In this document: positions 55,688 to 64,000 of the stretch, piece after piece
Layout: every line of letters starts with the position of its first letter
Numbering within the stretch: position 1 is the stretch's first letter
Origin: Candidatus Latescibacterota bacterium
GTDB lineage: Bacteria > Latescibacterota > UBA2968 > UBA8231
Direction: 5' to 3'
Length of the DNA stretch: 64,000 bases
Assembly (NCBI GenBank): GCA_965206595.1
Contig: OZ242214.1
Coordinates: forward strand, 1,504,001 to 1,568,000
Notes under the pieces: model-generated
Seen by the model: only the letters and a program-made list of their open reading frames with translations
Database searches by the model: none
Told to the model about the DNA's origin: nothing
Translations under genes and position numbers: made by a program

Positions 55688-57478
55688 TTGCACTTTTCGC
55701 GGCTGATTGCGGCTGCTGCCGTAGTGGTGACCGCAGCCTCGTTTGCGGCGGCCGAGGTCGAGTTCACGGCCTCGGTGGATCGCACCAGGACGACCAGATC
55801 CCGGCCGATCGAACTGATGCTGTCGATCTCCTCTTCGCAGAATTTCCCGAAAGTCCCGACGCCACACCTGAAGCTCGACGAATTCGACGTGTACGGTCCC
55901 TCGGTCGGCGTGCGCACCGAGATCGTCAACGGCCGCGTTACCCACGCCCGCGAGCTGACCTACACCCTGTACCCGCGTCGCGAGGGGGCCTTCGTCATCG
56001 GGCCGGCTACACTGGAGCTGGGGGGTAGGAAGTACTCGACGAAAGCGATCGAGGTGGTCGTGGCAAAGGGAGAGGGAGAGGCGGAACCGCAGGCCCTCGA
56101 GGACAACCTCTTCGTCCGGGTGAAGCGGGACCGCGAGCAGGTCTACGTGGGCCAACAGGTGCTGCTGTCCTACGACCTCTGCTACCGTTACCAGCTCCGC
56201 GACGTCGGCTTCGAGGAGGTACCCGTGTTCTCGGGATTCTGGGCCAAGGATCTGTTCGTCGCCCAGCGCCTCGAACCGCAACGGCAGGTGATCGGCGGAG
56301 TAGCCTTCAATGTCGTGCCGCTGCGCAAGGTTGCCCTGTTTCCCGCCAGCGCCGGGGATCACGTCGTCGAGCCCCTGGTGATCCGGTGCAGCATTTCCGA
56401 GGGAAGAAGAAGGAACAGCCTGTTCGACGCTTTTTCCCTGTTCAACGATCCGTTCTTCGGCCGCGGCCGGACCCTGCTGGTGCGCAGCCCCGAGGTCACC
56501 GTCGAGGTACTGCCCTTGCCTGCGATGGGACGGCCCCCGGAGTTCGACGGGGCGGTGGGAACCTACCGGATGGTGTCGACCCTGCAGCCGCCGGCGCCGC
56601 GGGCAGGAGATCCGGTCACTCTCACCATCTCGATTCAGGGAAAGGGGAACATCGGCGCGGCCGGAGAGCCGCGGCTCGGGGATTTTGCGGGATTCAAGAA
56701 GTACGACCCGAAGGTTTCCGAAGAGGCGGGGGATACCGGCGGCGGTTACGGCGGCACCAAGACCTTCGAGTACATCCTGATCCCCGAAGCCCCGGGAACT
56801 CTCGCCATTCCCCCGGCGCGTTTCACCTTTTTCGATCCCGAGGCGCGAGCATACCGGACGCTGCAGACGGATCCCCGCGAGCTCGCCGTCAGCGGCCATC
56901 TGCGGGAAAGCGAGGAGGGTACCCGTTACCTCCTGAGCAGAAAGGATATCGAAGTCGTCGGGACCGACATTCGTCACATAAAACCGGATGTAGGAGAGTT
57001 GGGGGACGCAGGGATTCTGTACCGCAGTGGTTCTTTCTGGCTGGTGCAGGCGATGATGCCGCTGGCGTACGCGGGTCTTTACCTCTGGCAGCGCCACCGC
57101 CGCCGGCTCGAGGGGGATGTCGCGTACGCGCGCCGCCGGGGCGCTCGGGGCGCGGCCGGACGCAGGCTGAAAACGGCGCGCCGAATGCTGGCCGAAGGCG
57201 CCCCCCCTCCGGATTTCCACGCGGAGATCCACCGGGCGGTGCTGGAGTTCGTCGCCGACCACCTCAACCGTTCGGCAGCGGGGCTGGAGAAGGAGGAGTG
57301 CTCCGAAGAACTGTGGCGCCGGGGTGTGCCGCAGCAGACGGTGGAGGATCTCGGAGAACTGCTTGAGGAATGCGAATTCGCCCGCTACGCCTCCGGAGCG
57401 TCCTCGGCCGAGGAGATGAGGCGCACCCAGGATCGTGCCGAGGAGCTCATGGAACGGCTACAGAGGGTGCTGGCGTGA
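55688..57478 (+). CDS. BatD-like protein
   Basis: Signal peptide, ASVDR, Y.L.P..EG...IGPA, VYVGQQV, V.PLP..G.P..F.GAVG, G.GNI, F.Y.LIP, F.FFDP....Y, DI..IK + TM, CEFARYA. Confidence 0.88.
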   Translation: MHFSRLIAAAAVVVTAASFAAAEVEFTASVDRTRTTRSRPIELMLSISSSQNFPKVPTPHLKLDEFDVYGPSVGVRTEIVNGRVTHARELTYTLYPRREGAFVIGPATLELGGRKYSTKAIEVVVAKGEGEAEPQALEDNLFVRVKRDREQVYVGQQVLLSYDLCYRYQLRDVGFEEVPVFSGFWAKDLFVAQRLEPQRQVIGGVAFNVVPLRKVALFPASAGDHVVEPLVIRCSISEGRRRNSLFDAFSLFNDPFFGRGRTLLVRSPEVTVEVLPLPAMGRPPEFDGAVGTYRMVSTLQPPAPRAGDPVTLTISIQGKGNIGAAGEPRLGDFAGFKKYDPKVSEEAGDTGGGYGGTKTFEYILIPEAPGTLAIPPARFTFFDPEARAYRTLQTDPRELAVSGHLRESEEGTRYLLSRKDIEVVGTDIRHIKPDVGELGDAGILYRSGSFWLVQAMMPLAYAGLYLWQRHRRRLEGDVAYARRRGARGAAGRRLKTARRMLAEGAPPPDFHAEIHRAVLEFVADHLNRSAAGLEKEECSEELWRRGVPQQTVEDLGELLEECEFARYASGASSAEEMRRTQDRAEELMERLQRVLA

Positions 57479-58242
57479 AGACCCGGTCCCTGCTCGCGAT
57501 CTCGTTGGCAGTCGCCTGCGCCTGCACACCGGTTCCTTTGGCAGGGCAATCCGCGGCCGCGGGGCTGTTCGCCGAGGGCAACGACCTCTACCGCGCCGGC
57601 GAGTACGAGGCGGCTCGCGACACCTACCTGCGGATCGCCGGCGAAGGCATTCGCGATTCCCGCCTGTTCTACAACCTCGGCAACGCCTGCTTCAAGTCCT
57701 CCCGCCTCGGCGAAGCGATCGTGTGGTACGAGCGCGCATTGCGGCTCGAGCCCAGGGATCCGGACATCCTCGCAAACCTGCGCTTCGCCCGCCAGGTGAA
57801 GAGGGACCGGGAGCCGCCCGCGGAGGAGAATCCGCTGGCGCGCTTCGCCGCCGCGGTCTACGCCTTTCCCACCCTCGACGAGCTCGCGGTCGCCTTCGCC
57901 GCGACCCTGCTCTCCGTCTGGGTGCTCGCCTGCCTGCGTTGGCTGCGGCCCCGGGCTGCACGGGTCCAACTGCCACTGCTGGCCCCATGCGCAGCTGCCT
58001 GGGTGTTTGCAGCCCTGTTTTTCGCCTCGCGCATCTACACGCACGAATCGGCGAAACACGCCATCGTAACGGCGCAGGAGGCGACAGCCCGCAGCGGACC
58101 TGGCGGCGACCAGACGCCGGTGTTCGTGCTTCACGAGGGTACCATGGTGCGCATCGACCGCGATGAGGATGGATGGTACCTGGTGCGGCTGCCCAACGGC
58201 AGCGGAGGATGGATGCCGAAGGCCGCGGTGACCGACATCTGA
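57475..58242 (+). CDS. BatE-like TPR + SH3 protein
   Basis: F.EGN.LY..G.Y, YNLGNA, G.AI..YERAL.L.P, TM pair, LHEGT.V.I...W..V.L..G..GW; GTGA overlap with the batD-like stop. Confidence 0.88.
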   Translation: MKTRSLLAISLAVACACTPVPLAGQSAAAGLFAEGNDLYRAGEYEAARDTYLRIAGEGIRDSRLFYNLGNACFKSSRLGEAIVWYERALRLEPRDPDILANLRFARQVKRDREPPAEENPLARFAAAVYAFPTLDELAVAFAATLLSVWVLACLRWLRPRAARVQLPLLAPCAAAWVFAALFFASRIYTHESAKHAIVTAQEATARSGPGGDQTPVFVLHEGTMVRIDRDEDGWYLVRLPNGSGGWMPKAAVTDI

Positions 58243-58258
58243 AGGCGAGGGAAGTCGC

Positions 58259-58287
58259 TTGTCGTATTTGGGCGATCTTGCTACAAT
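58259..58287 (+). promoter_or_regulatory. Putative sigma70 promoter (extended -10) for the murG-HEAT/mraY pair
   Basis: TTGTCG-17 bp-TACAAT with TG at the extended -10 position. Confidence 0.55.
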
Positions 58288-58449
58288 TGGGCGGAAGATG
58301 CCTCCTTCGCCACCCACCCTGCACACCCTCACCGGTTTCCCGGATCCGTTTCCCTGCTACCAGGCGTTCGGCCCCCTTTCGGGTCGATTCGCCGGCAGCG
58401 TTTTCCTCCCCCTCCTCTCCGGTACGGGGGCAGGCAACGGACCGATAGC

Positions 58450-60504
58450 GTGAAATACCTCCTGACAGGCGGCGGTACCGGCGGCCACGTTTATCCTGCA
58501 CTTGCCATTGCCGACGAGCTGCGCCGCCTGCATGCCGACGCGGAGTTCCTCTACGTCGGTGTCCGCAACCGCCTGGAATCCAGGGTCGTTCCCGCCCGGG
58601 GGTACGCCCTGCGCTACGTGCGCTCGCGCCCTTACCCGCGCTCACTCTCGGCGTTGCCTCAGCTGCTTTTCTGGCTGACCCTGGCGGCCGGAGTCGGCCG
58701 CGCTCTGCTTATTTTGCTCCGCTTCCGGCCCGACGTAGTCATCACCACCGGGGGTTTCGTCAGCGCCCCCGTGATGCTCGCCTTCGGCATTCTCCGCAGG
58801 CTGGGTGTCGGCAAGACCAGGATGTTTCTCTACGAGCCCAACGCCCGTCCCGGCCTGCTCAACCACACGGTGGGGCGGCTGGCCGACCGCATAGGCGTGG
58901 CTTTCGAGCAGGCTGGGCGCTGGTTCGATACCCGGCGCGTCGCGGTGGTCGGCTACCCGGTTCGCCGCGAGCTCCTTCAACTCGACCGTGCCGCCGCCCG
59001 CCAAAGGCTCGGTATCGATCCAGAACGTCAGGTGCTGTTCGTCGTCGGCGGTTCCCAGGGCGCGCGAGAGATCAACCGCGCCGTGGTCGAGGCGCTGCCG
59101 CGACTGCGACAACGTTCGGACCTGTTCGTCCTGCACGTCACCGGGGCCACGCCTCCCCGGGGGGCATCCGAGGAAACCTACGACCCAGTCGCCGACACCG
59201 AGCAGCGGTTGCGCGAGTCGGGATTGGCCGGCGACACCTCGGACTGGTACCGGCGATTGCCCTATGCGGAACAGATCGAGGATCTCTACGCCGCCTCCGA
59301 TGTCGTCGTCTGCCGCGGGGGCGCCGCAACGCTCACCGAAATCGGCGTTTGCGGCTTGCCTGCCGTCATCATTCCACTGTCGACGTCCGCGGACGATCAC
59401 CAGGCGATCAACGCCCGCGAGATGGAGAAGCGGGGAGCCGCGGTTGTCCTCTACTCCGAGGCGTCGTGGGAAGGGGGGGCAGTCACCACCAAGGTCGACG
59501 GCAAACGCCTCGCCGCAGCGATCGAGGGATTGCTCGAGGCCCCCGAGGAACGGCGCCGGCTGTCAGCCGCGGCGCAGGGGGTGCCGCGGCGCGACAGCCT
59601 GGATCTGATCCGCAGAGAGCTCGAAAGTATGGTCGGAGGGGAAAGGCCGGCACCCCTCAACCTCGAGTCCCGGGGAGACGAGAGGCTGCCGAGCGATCCG
59701 AACGCCCTGGTCAGGAAGGTACGTGAGCGGGTGGAAGATGCCGGGGGGGTCCAGGGTATCCCCGACCGCGAGCTGGCCTACTTGCGCTACCAGGCGGACC
59801 GTCTCCTTGCGTCGAGGGAGTGGTACGAAATTCCATTGGGCAAACGCAACGTCGGAATCAAGCTTTCAGGCTATCTCGAGCAACGGGACCGGCTCGACCT
59901 GTTGCTCCAGATTCTCCAGGACCGCCGGCAGGTGGGGGCTTTGAAGAGACTGCTCGGGGGCGACTTCCGGCATTCCGGGATTCTGAGGCGAAACACCATA
60001 CAGATCGCACTGCGGTGGCTGCGGGTCGTCGGAGAGCCGCAGGTCGAGGCCGCGCTTCTGGTTGCCCTTGAGACCGATCCCTATTTCGAGGTCCGGGCCG
60101 CTGCTGCGGATCTGCTCGGGGAGGCCGGCAATCCTTCCGACCGCATCGAGAGCGCCCTCGTGAATGCGCTGTCGGACCGCTCGCGGCGCGTCGTCGCCAG
60201 GGCGATACGAGCCCTGGGGGCCGTGGGGCGGGATCCCGGGCTGATCCGCTTGCTGCGGAACTTCTACCATCACCCGGACTGGCAGGTCCGGCACGAGGTG
60301 GTGCTGGGGCTGCAGAACCTGCTTCGCCGCGGGGTGCTGAGCCCTGCAGAGATGGCCGGTGAGGCAGAGCAGGTGCTCGCCACGTCGCCGAACTTCACTC
60401 CGGAGTTCCCTCTGAAAGAGAGTCTTTCCGAACTCGCCGAGCTCGCCGACTCTCCTGCCGATGCGTCGGAGGCCCCCGGCGCCTTCAGAGCCGGGGGCGG
60501 ATAA
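58450..60504 (+). CDS. MurG-family (GT28) glycosyltransferase fused to a C-terminal HEAT-repeat-like domain
   Basis: GGGTGGHVYPA, GGFVSAP, EPNARPG, GYPVR, GGSQGA, RGGA.TL.E, DHQ..NA in the first ~395 aa; then DPYFEVRAAAADLLG, DRSRRVVARAIRALG, HPDWQVRHEVVLGL. Confidence 0.85.
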   Translation: MKYLLTGGGTGGHVYPALAIADELRRLHADAEFLYVGVRNRLESRVVPARGYALRYVRSRPYPRSLSALPQLLFWLTLAAGVGRALLILLRFRPDVVITTGGFVSAPVMLAFGILRRLGVGKTRMFLYEPNARPGLLNHTVGRLADRIGVAFEQAGRWFDTRRVAVVGYPVRRELLQLDRAAARQRLGIDPERQVLFVVGGSQGAREINRAVVEALPRLRQRSDLFVLHVTGATPPRGASEETYDPVADTEQRLRESGLAGDTSDWYRRLPYAEQIEDLYAASDVVVCRGGAATLTEIGVCGLPAVIIPLSTSADDHQAINAREMEKRGAAVVLYSEASWEGGAVTTKVDGKRLAAAIEGLLEAPEERRRLSAAAQGVPRRDSLDLIRRELESMVGGERPAPLNLESRGDERLPSDPNALVRKVRERVEDAGGVQGIPDRELAYLRYQADRLLASREWYEIPLGKRNVGIKLSGYLEQRDRLDLLLQILQDRRQVGALKRLLGGDFRHSGILRRNTIQIALRWLRVVGEPQVEAALLVALETDPYFEVRAAAADLLGEAGNPSDRIESALVNALSDRSRRVVARAIRALGAVGRDPGLIRLLRNFYHHPDWQVRHEVVLGLQNLLRRGVLSPAEMAGEAEQVLATSPNFTPEFPLKESLSELAELADSPADASEAPGAFRAGGG

Positions 60505-60512
60505 GGAAACCC

Positions 60513-61616
60513 GTGCTGGTCTATCTCGGCGACTACCTGCAATCGGTCCAGTCCCTCTCCTACCTGCGGCTCTTCGACTCGATCAGTTTTCGCGCCATCG
60601 GCGGCGCCATCACCGCCCTGGTGTTCACCATCCTGTTCGGCTGGCGCATAATCCTCTACTTCTACCGCTCCGGCAAGCGCGACACGTCACGAAAATACAC
60701 CGATTTTCCGGTTACCGATCACCCGGCCAAGACCTACGGGGGCGGACTGCTGGTGGCGGCAATCACCCTGAGCGTGCTGCTCTGGTGCCAGCTGCACAAT
60801 CCGCTCGTGCTCATGTGCATGGCCGCGGTCGCCTGGTTTGCCGCCCTGGGATACACCGACGACTACCTCAAGGTTCGCCACGGCAACAACGATCGCGGTC
60901 TGTCGGAGACCGCCAAGCTGGCGCTGCAGTTCCTCTACGCCATCGTCTTCGCCGTCGTCTTCGTCTCAGATTGGCTGTCGCCGCTCCCCCCGGGGCTGGC
61001 GACGCAGCTCTACCTGCCGTTCCTGAAGAACCCCGTAGTCGACCTGTCGTGGGGGTACGTGCCGCTGATCGTGTTCACCATCATCGCCATCTCCAACTCG
61101 GTGAACATCGCCGACGGCATAGACGGCCTCGCCGTGGTGCCCGTAGCCTTCGTCGTGGCGGTGTACGGAGTCTTCGCGTACGTCTCCAGCCACGTCAGGA
61201 TCTCCGAGTTCCTGATCTTTCCGTTCATTCCGGGGGCCGGAGAGGTCGCCATCATCTGCACCATCGTGTTCGGAGCCTGCCTCGGGTTTCTATGGTTCAA
61301 CTCCTACCCCGCGAACGTGATCATGGGGGATGCCGGGTCGCTGGCGCTCGGCGGCCTAATCGGGACCCTGGTGGTTCTGGTGAAACAGGAGATCCTGTTC
61401 CTGATCGTCGGGGGAATTTTCGTGGGAGAGGCCCTGTCGGTGCTGATTCAGGAGAAGATCGGCATCAGGTGGCTGGGACGTAGATTTTTCCTCAGCGCCC
61501 CCATCCACCACCACTTTCAGGCGCGGGGCATCGCCGACACCAAGATCGTAATCCGCTTCTGGATCGTCGCCGGTATCCTCGCGCTGTGCGGCCTGGCGAC
61601 CCTCAAGATCCGCTAA
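60513..61616 (+). CDS. mraY: Phospho-N-acetylmuramoyl-pentapeptide transferase (MraY family), divergent
   Basis: GYTDDYLK, SNSVNIADGIDGL, GFLWFNSYPA...MGDAGSLALGG, APIHHHF, IVIRFWI, ATLKIR. Confidence 0.85.
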   Translation: MLVYLGDYLQSVQSLSYLRLFDSISFRAIGGAITALVFTILFGWRIILYFYRSGKRDTSRKYTDFPVTDHPAKTYGGGLLVAAITLSVLLWCQLHNPLVLMCMAAVAWFAALGYTDDYLKVRHGNNDRGLSETAKLALQFLYAIVFAVVFVSDWLSPLPPGLATQLYLPFLKNPVVDLSWGYVPLIVFTIIAISNSVNIADGIDGLAVVPVAFVVAVYGVFAYVSSHVRISEFLIFPFIPGAGEVAIICTIVFGACLGFLWFNSYPANVIMGDAGSLALGGLIGTLVVLVKQEILFLIVGGIFVGEALSVLIQEKIGIRWLGRRFFLSAPIHHHFQARGIADTKIVIRFWIVAGILALCGLATLKIR

Positions 61617-61668
61617 CGACGCGGCTTCCCCGGAGTCGATACGGCTTCCGCCCGGGAAATGCCACGGT

Positions 61669-62139
61669 TTACAGCAGTTGAATTCCGTAGAGGAACAGCA
61701 GCATCAGGATCGCGCCGGTGAGAGCGGTGATCCACAGCGGCATTCCTGCGTCCCCGTCGAAAACCTCCCGCCTGTAGTGTCGGTACTCGCTGGAAAACAC
61801 CCGATGCCCCGAGCCCAAGAGGATGATCATGGCGGCCATCAGGAAGTCGACGCCCCGGGTTTCGGGGGCGAATGCCCGCGCCATCCCGAGTCCGTAGGGG
61901 ACCAGGGTGACGAGCAAGCCGTACTCCCGGGAAAGGATCCCGTAGAGGATGATTCCGGCGCTGAGCGAACTGATGGCCATCGAACCGACGGCGTCCGGCA
62001 GCGGTACTTCGAGCTTCAGGACCAGGAGGGGGATGCCGACGACGAGATGAAGCCACATCCCGCAATAGGCGAAAAGGAAGACAGGGCGGCCCGGCGAGCG
62101 GGAGCCCGTGAGGAACTGGGCGAAAGAGGGTCGCTGCAT
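61669..62139 (-). CDS. Hypothetical membrane protein (about 4-5 TM helices)
   Basis: 156-aa hydrophobic ORF with its own predicted promoter, convergent with mraY. Confidence 0.6.
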   Translation of the reverse strand: MQRPSFAQFLTGSRSPGRPVFLFAYCGMWLHLVVGIPLLVLKLEVPLPDAVGSMAISSLSAGIILYGILSREYGLLVTLVPYGLGMARAFAPETRGVDFLMAAMIILLGSGHRVFSSEYRHYRREVFDGDAGMPLWITALTGAILMLLFLYGIQLL

Positions 62140-62201
62140 GGTTTCGTGAGGGCTCGACCCCGGGGAGGGAGGAAGCCGAATTGCGTGGGGGGAGAGGGGG
62201 G

Positions 62202-62230
62202 TATATACAGGAGCTGTTTCCCTCTGTCAA
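62202..62230 (-). promoter_or_regulatory. Putative sigma70 promoter for the 62139 membrane protein
   Basis: Minus strand TTGACA-17 bp-TATATA. Confidence 0.55.
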
Positions 62231-62411
62231 GCGCTCCGCCTGCGCTCCCGGAAAGTCCGGATAGGCCTTTCCGCGTCGATTTCCGTGGGCTCGAAGACCC
62301 GCCTGCGAGTCGCCTCCTCCCCCCGGATTGCGCTGCGGTCGCTGCGAAGCGGCCTCATCACCGGGGGATGCGGACGAACTTTCGGGCCGGGGCGATCCCG
62401 GGAAGTAACAG

Positions 62412-64000
62412 GTGCTCCGGCTGACCGGGTCGCAGCTGGCCACGGCGATCGAGGAAGTTCCGGGCGTGGGCTCCAGGCGGGGCAAGGCGCTTCGGGAGGC
62501 CGGGGTCGAAACCGTGGCGGATCTGCTCCTGAGGGTGCCGCGGCGATACCTCGACCGCAGCGCCGTGGCGATGATTTCCGAGCTCGCGGCAGGAGGGGAG
62601 GTGACCGTGATCGCCACGGTCACGGCCTGCGCCTCCCCAGGTTTCGCGCGCAGCCGCAGGGGACGTCCGCTGCCGGCCACCGTCGACGTCAGCGACGGCT
62701 CCGCAGCCCTCCGCTGCGTCTGGTTCCAGGGCGGCCAGTACGTCAGGGCGGAAGTCGGCGATCTCCTTGCTCTCAGCGGCAGGGTCGAAGAATACCGGGG
62801 GCGCCTGCAAATGCCCCATCCGGAGTACGAGTTCCTCTCTGCAGCAGGGGATCGCGGGCTCATTCACACCGCGGGTATCATCCCCTTGTACGCCACCACC
62901 GCCGACATGAAGGAGCGCGGCCTGCGCAGTCGCGGATTCCGGGCAATCGTCAGAACTGCCCTCGATCGATACCTGCCGGGAACAGAGGAGTCCCTCGACC
63001 CGGACACGCGCCGGAGAAACGATCTCGACGAACTTCACAACTCGCTTCGCACCATACACTTCCCTGAATCATTTGACGCGCTCGACAGGGCGAGAAGACG
63101 CCTGGCTTTCGAAGAGTTCTACACTCTGCAGCTATCCCTCCTGAAGAGACGGCAGAGGGCGGGAGATCAACGGGGGCACCAGCTCGGCAAAAGCACCAGC
63201 CTGGTGCCCGGGCTGTTGTCCTCTCTCCCGTTCGAGCTCACCAGGGCGCAGTCGCGCACCCTGTCCGAGATAGCCGCGGACATGGGTAGTCCGCGGCCGA
63301 TGCGGCGACTTCTGCACGGCGAGGTCGGCTCCGGCAAGACCCTGGTCGCCCTCTGCGCCATTCTTACCGCGGTGGAGGCCGGGTACCAGGCCGCTCTGAT
63401 GGCGCCGACCGAAATCCTCGCAGAGCAGCACTTCTTCTACCTGCAGTCCCTGCTGCAACCCTTCGGTGTCGCCGCTGTGCTGGTGGCCGGAGGGCAGAGG
63501 AAAGCTGTCCGCGAGGAGGTTCTGACGGCGATCGAGACCGGGTCGGCAGCGGTCGCCGTCGGCACCCACGCCCTGATCGAGACCGAGGTCAGGTTCCGCG
63601 GCCTCGGCCTCGGGGTCGTCGACGAGCAGCATCGCTTCGGTGTTTCCCAGCGCCGCAGGCTGTACGAGAAAGCCCCCACCGCCGATATCCTCGTCATGAC
63701 CGCGACCCCGATTCCCCGGTCCCTCTCCCTCAGCCTGTACGGCGACCTCGAAGTCTCCGTCCTCGACGAAGTACCCCCGGGGCGCAAGCCGGTGCGCACC
63801 GAGCTGCGGACCCCCGCCAGCCGTGCCAGGATCCTCGAGTTCGCCGCCAGCCGCCTGCGTTGCGGGGAGCGCGTCTACATCGTGTACCCGGTCATAGAGG
63901 AATCGGAAAAGCTCGACCTGAAGTCGGCGGTCGACGGGTTCGAAGAAGTGAGAAGCGGTTCCGGGCCCCTGGCGGAGTTCGAGGTCGGCCTCCTGCACGG
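62412..64000 (+). CDS. recG: ATP-dependent DNA helicase RecG, 3' part outside window
   Basis: Manual translation: PGVG...DLLL.VPRRYLDR, RRRLAFEEF, LPFELT.AQ, GEVGSGKT, MAPTEILAEQH, VDEQHRFGV, MTATPIPR. Confidence 0.95.
   Translation, partial: MLRLTGSQLATAIEEVPGVGSRRGKALREAGVETVADLLLRVPRRYLDRSAVAMISELAAGGEVTVIATVTACASPGFARSRRGRPLPATVDVSDGSAALRCVWFQGGQYVRAEVGDLLALSGRVEEYRGRLQMPHPEYEFLSAAGDRGLIHTAGIIPLYATTADMKERGLRSRGFRAIVRTALDRYLPGTEESLDPDTRRRNDLDELHNSLRTIHFPESFDALDRARRRLAFEEFYTLQLSLLKRRQRAGDQRGHQLGKSTSLVPGLLSSLPFELTRAQSRTLSEIAADMGSPRPMRRLLHGEVGSGKTLVALCAILTAVEAGYQAALMAPTEILAEQHFFYLQSLLQPFGVAAVLVAGGQRKAVREEVLTAIETGSAAVAVGTHALIETEVRFRGLGLGVVDEQHRFGVSQRRRLYEKAPTADILVMTATPIPRSLSLSLYGDLEVSVLDEVPPGRKPVRTELRTPASRARILEFAASRLRCGERVYIVYPVIEESEKLDLKSAVDGFEEVRSGSGPLAEFEVGLLH

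Noticed and set aside
62285-63067. 260-aa plus-strand ORF
   Set aside because: Out-of-frame overlap with recG, which starts at about 62412 in another frame

Overview
GC-rich bacterial chromosomal window, probably from an FCB-superphylum lineage (Gemmatimonadota/Latescibacterota-like, inferred from the RpoC '[11 protein letters not shown]' insert). 1-4.3 kb: partial dinB, a YgfZ/GcvT-family gene, and a complete IS4-family element (15-bp TIRs, 9-bp target duplication) sitting at the broken end of a decayed IS3-family element. 4.5-34.8 kb: greA, tRNA-Gly/Thr/Trp, rpmG, secE-nusG-rplKAJL-rpoBC and the str-S10-spc-alpha ribosomal superoperon, which lacks rplC, tufB, adk, map and infA at their usual positions. 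RpoB carries D516Q and S522D (E. coli numbering) in the rifampicin-binding cluster. 35-42 kb: rlmD, an orphan sigma54 activator, a ClpX-like ATPase without a zinc domain, and a TPR/periplasmic-binding protein. 42-58 kb: a MoxR-DUF58-BatABCDE operon with a GldA/GldF/double-GldG/DUF4340 ABC module inserted in it. gldA is frameshifted, GldG has a low-GC zinc-ribbon N-terminal graft, and BatC has a 50-Gln tract. 58-64 kb: a stand-alone operon with a MurG-HEAT-repeat fusion and a divergent MraY, a small membrane protein, and partial recG. The best candidates for new biology are the MurG-HEAT/MraY pair and the Bat+Gld hybrid operon. All calls come from motif recognition by eye; no database searches were run.
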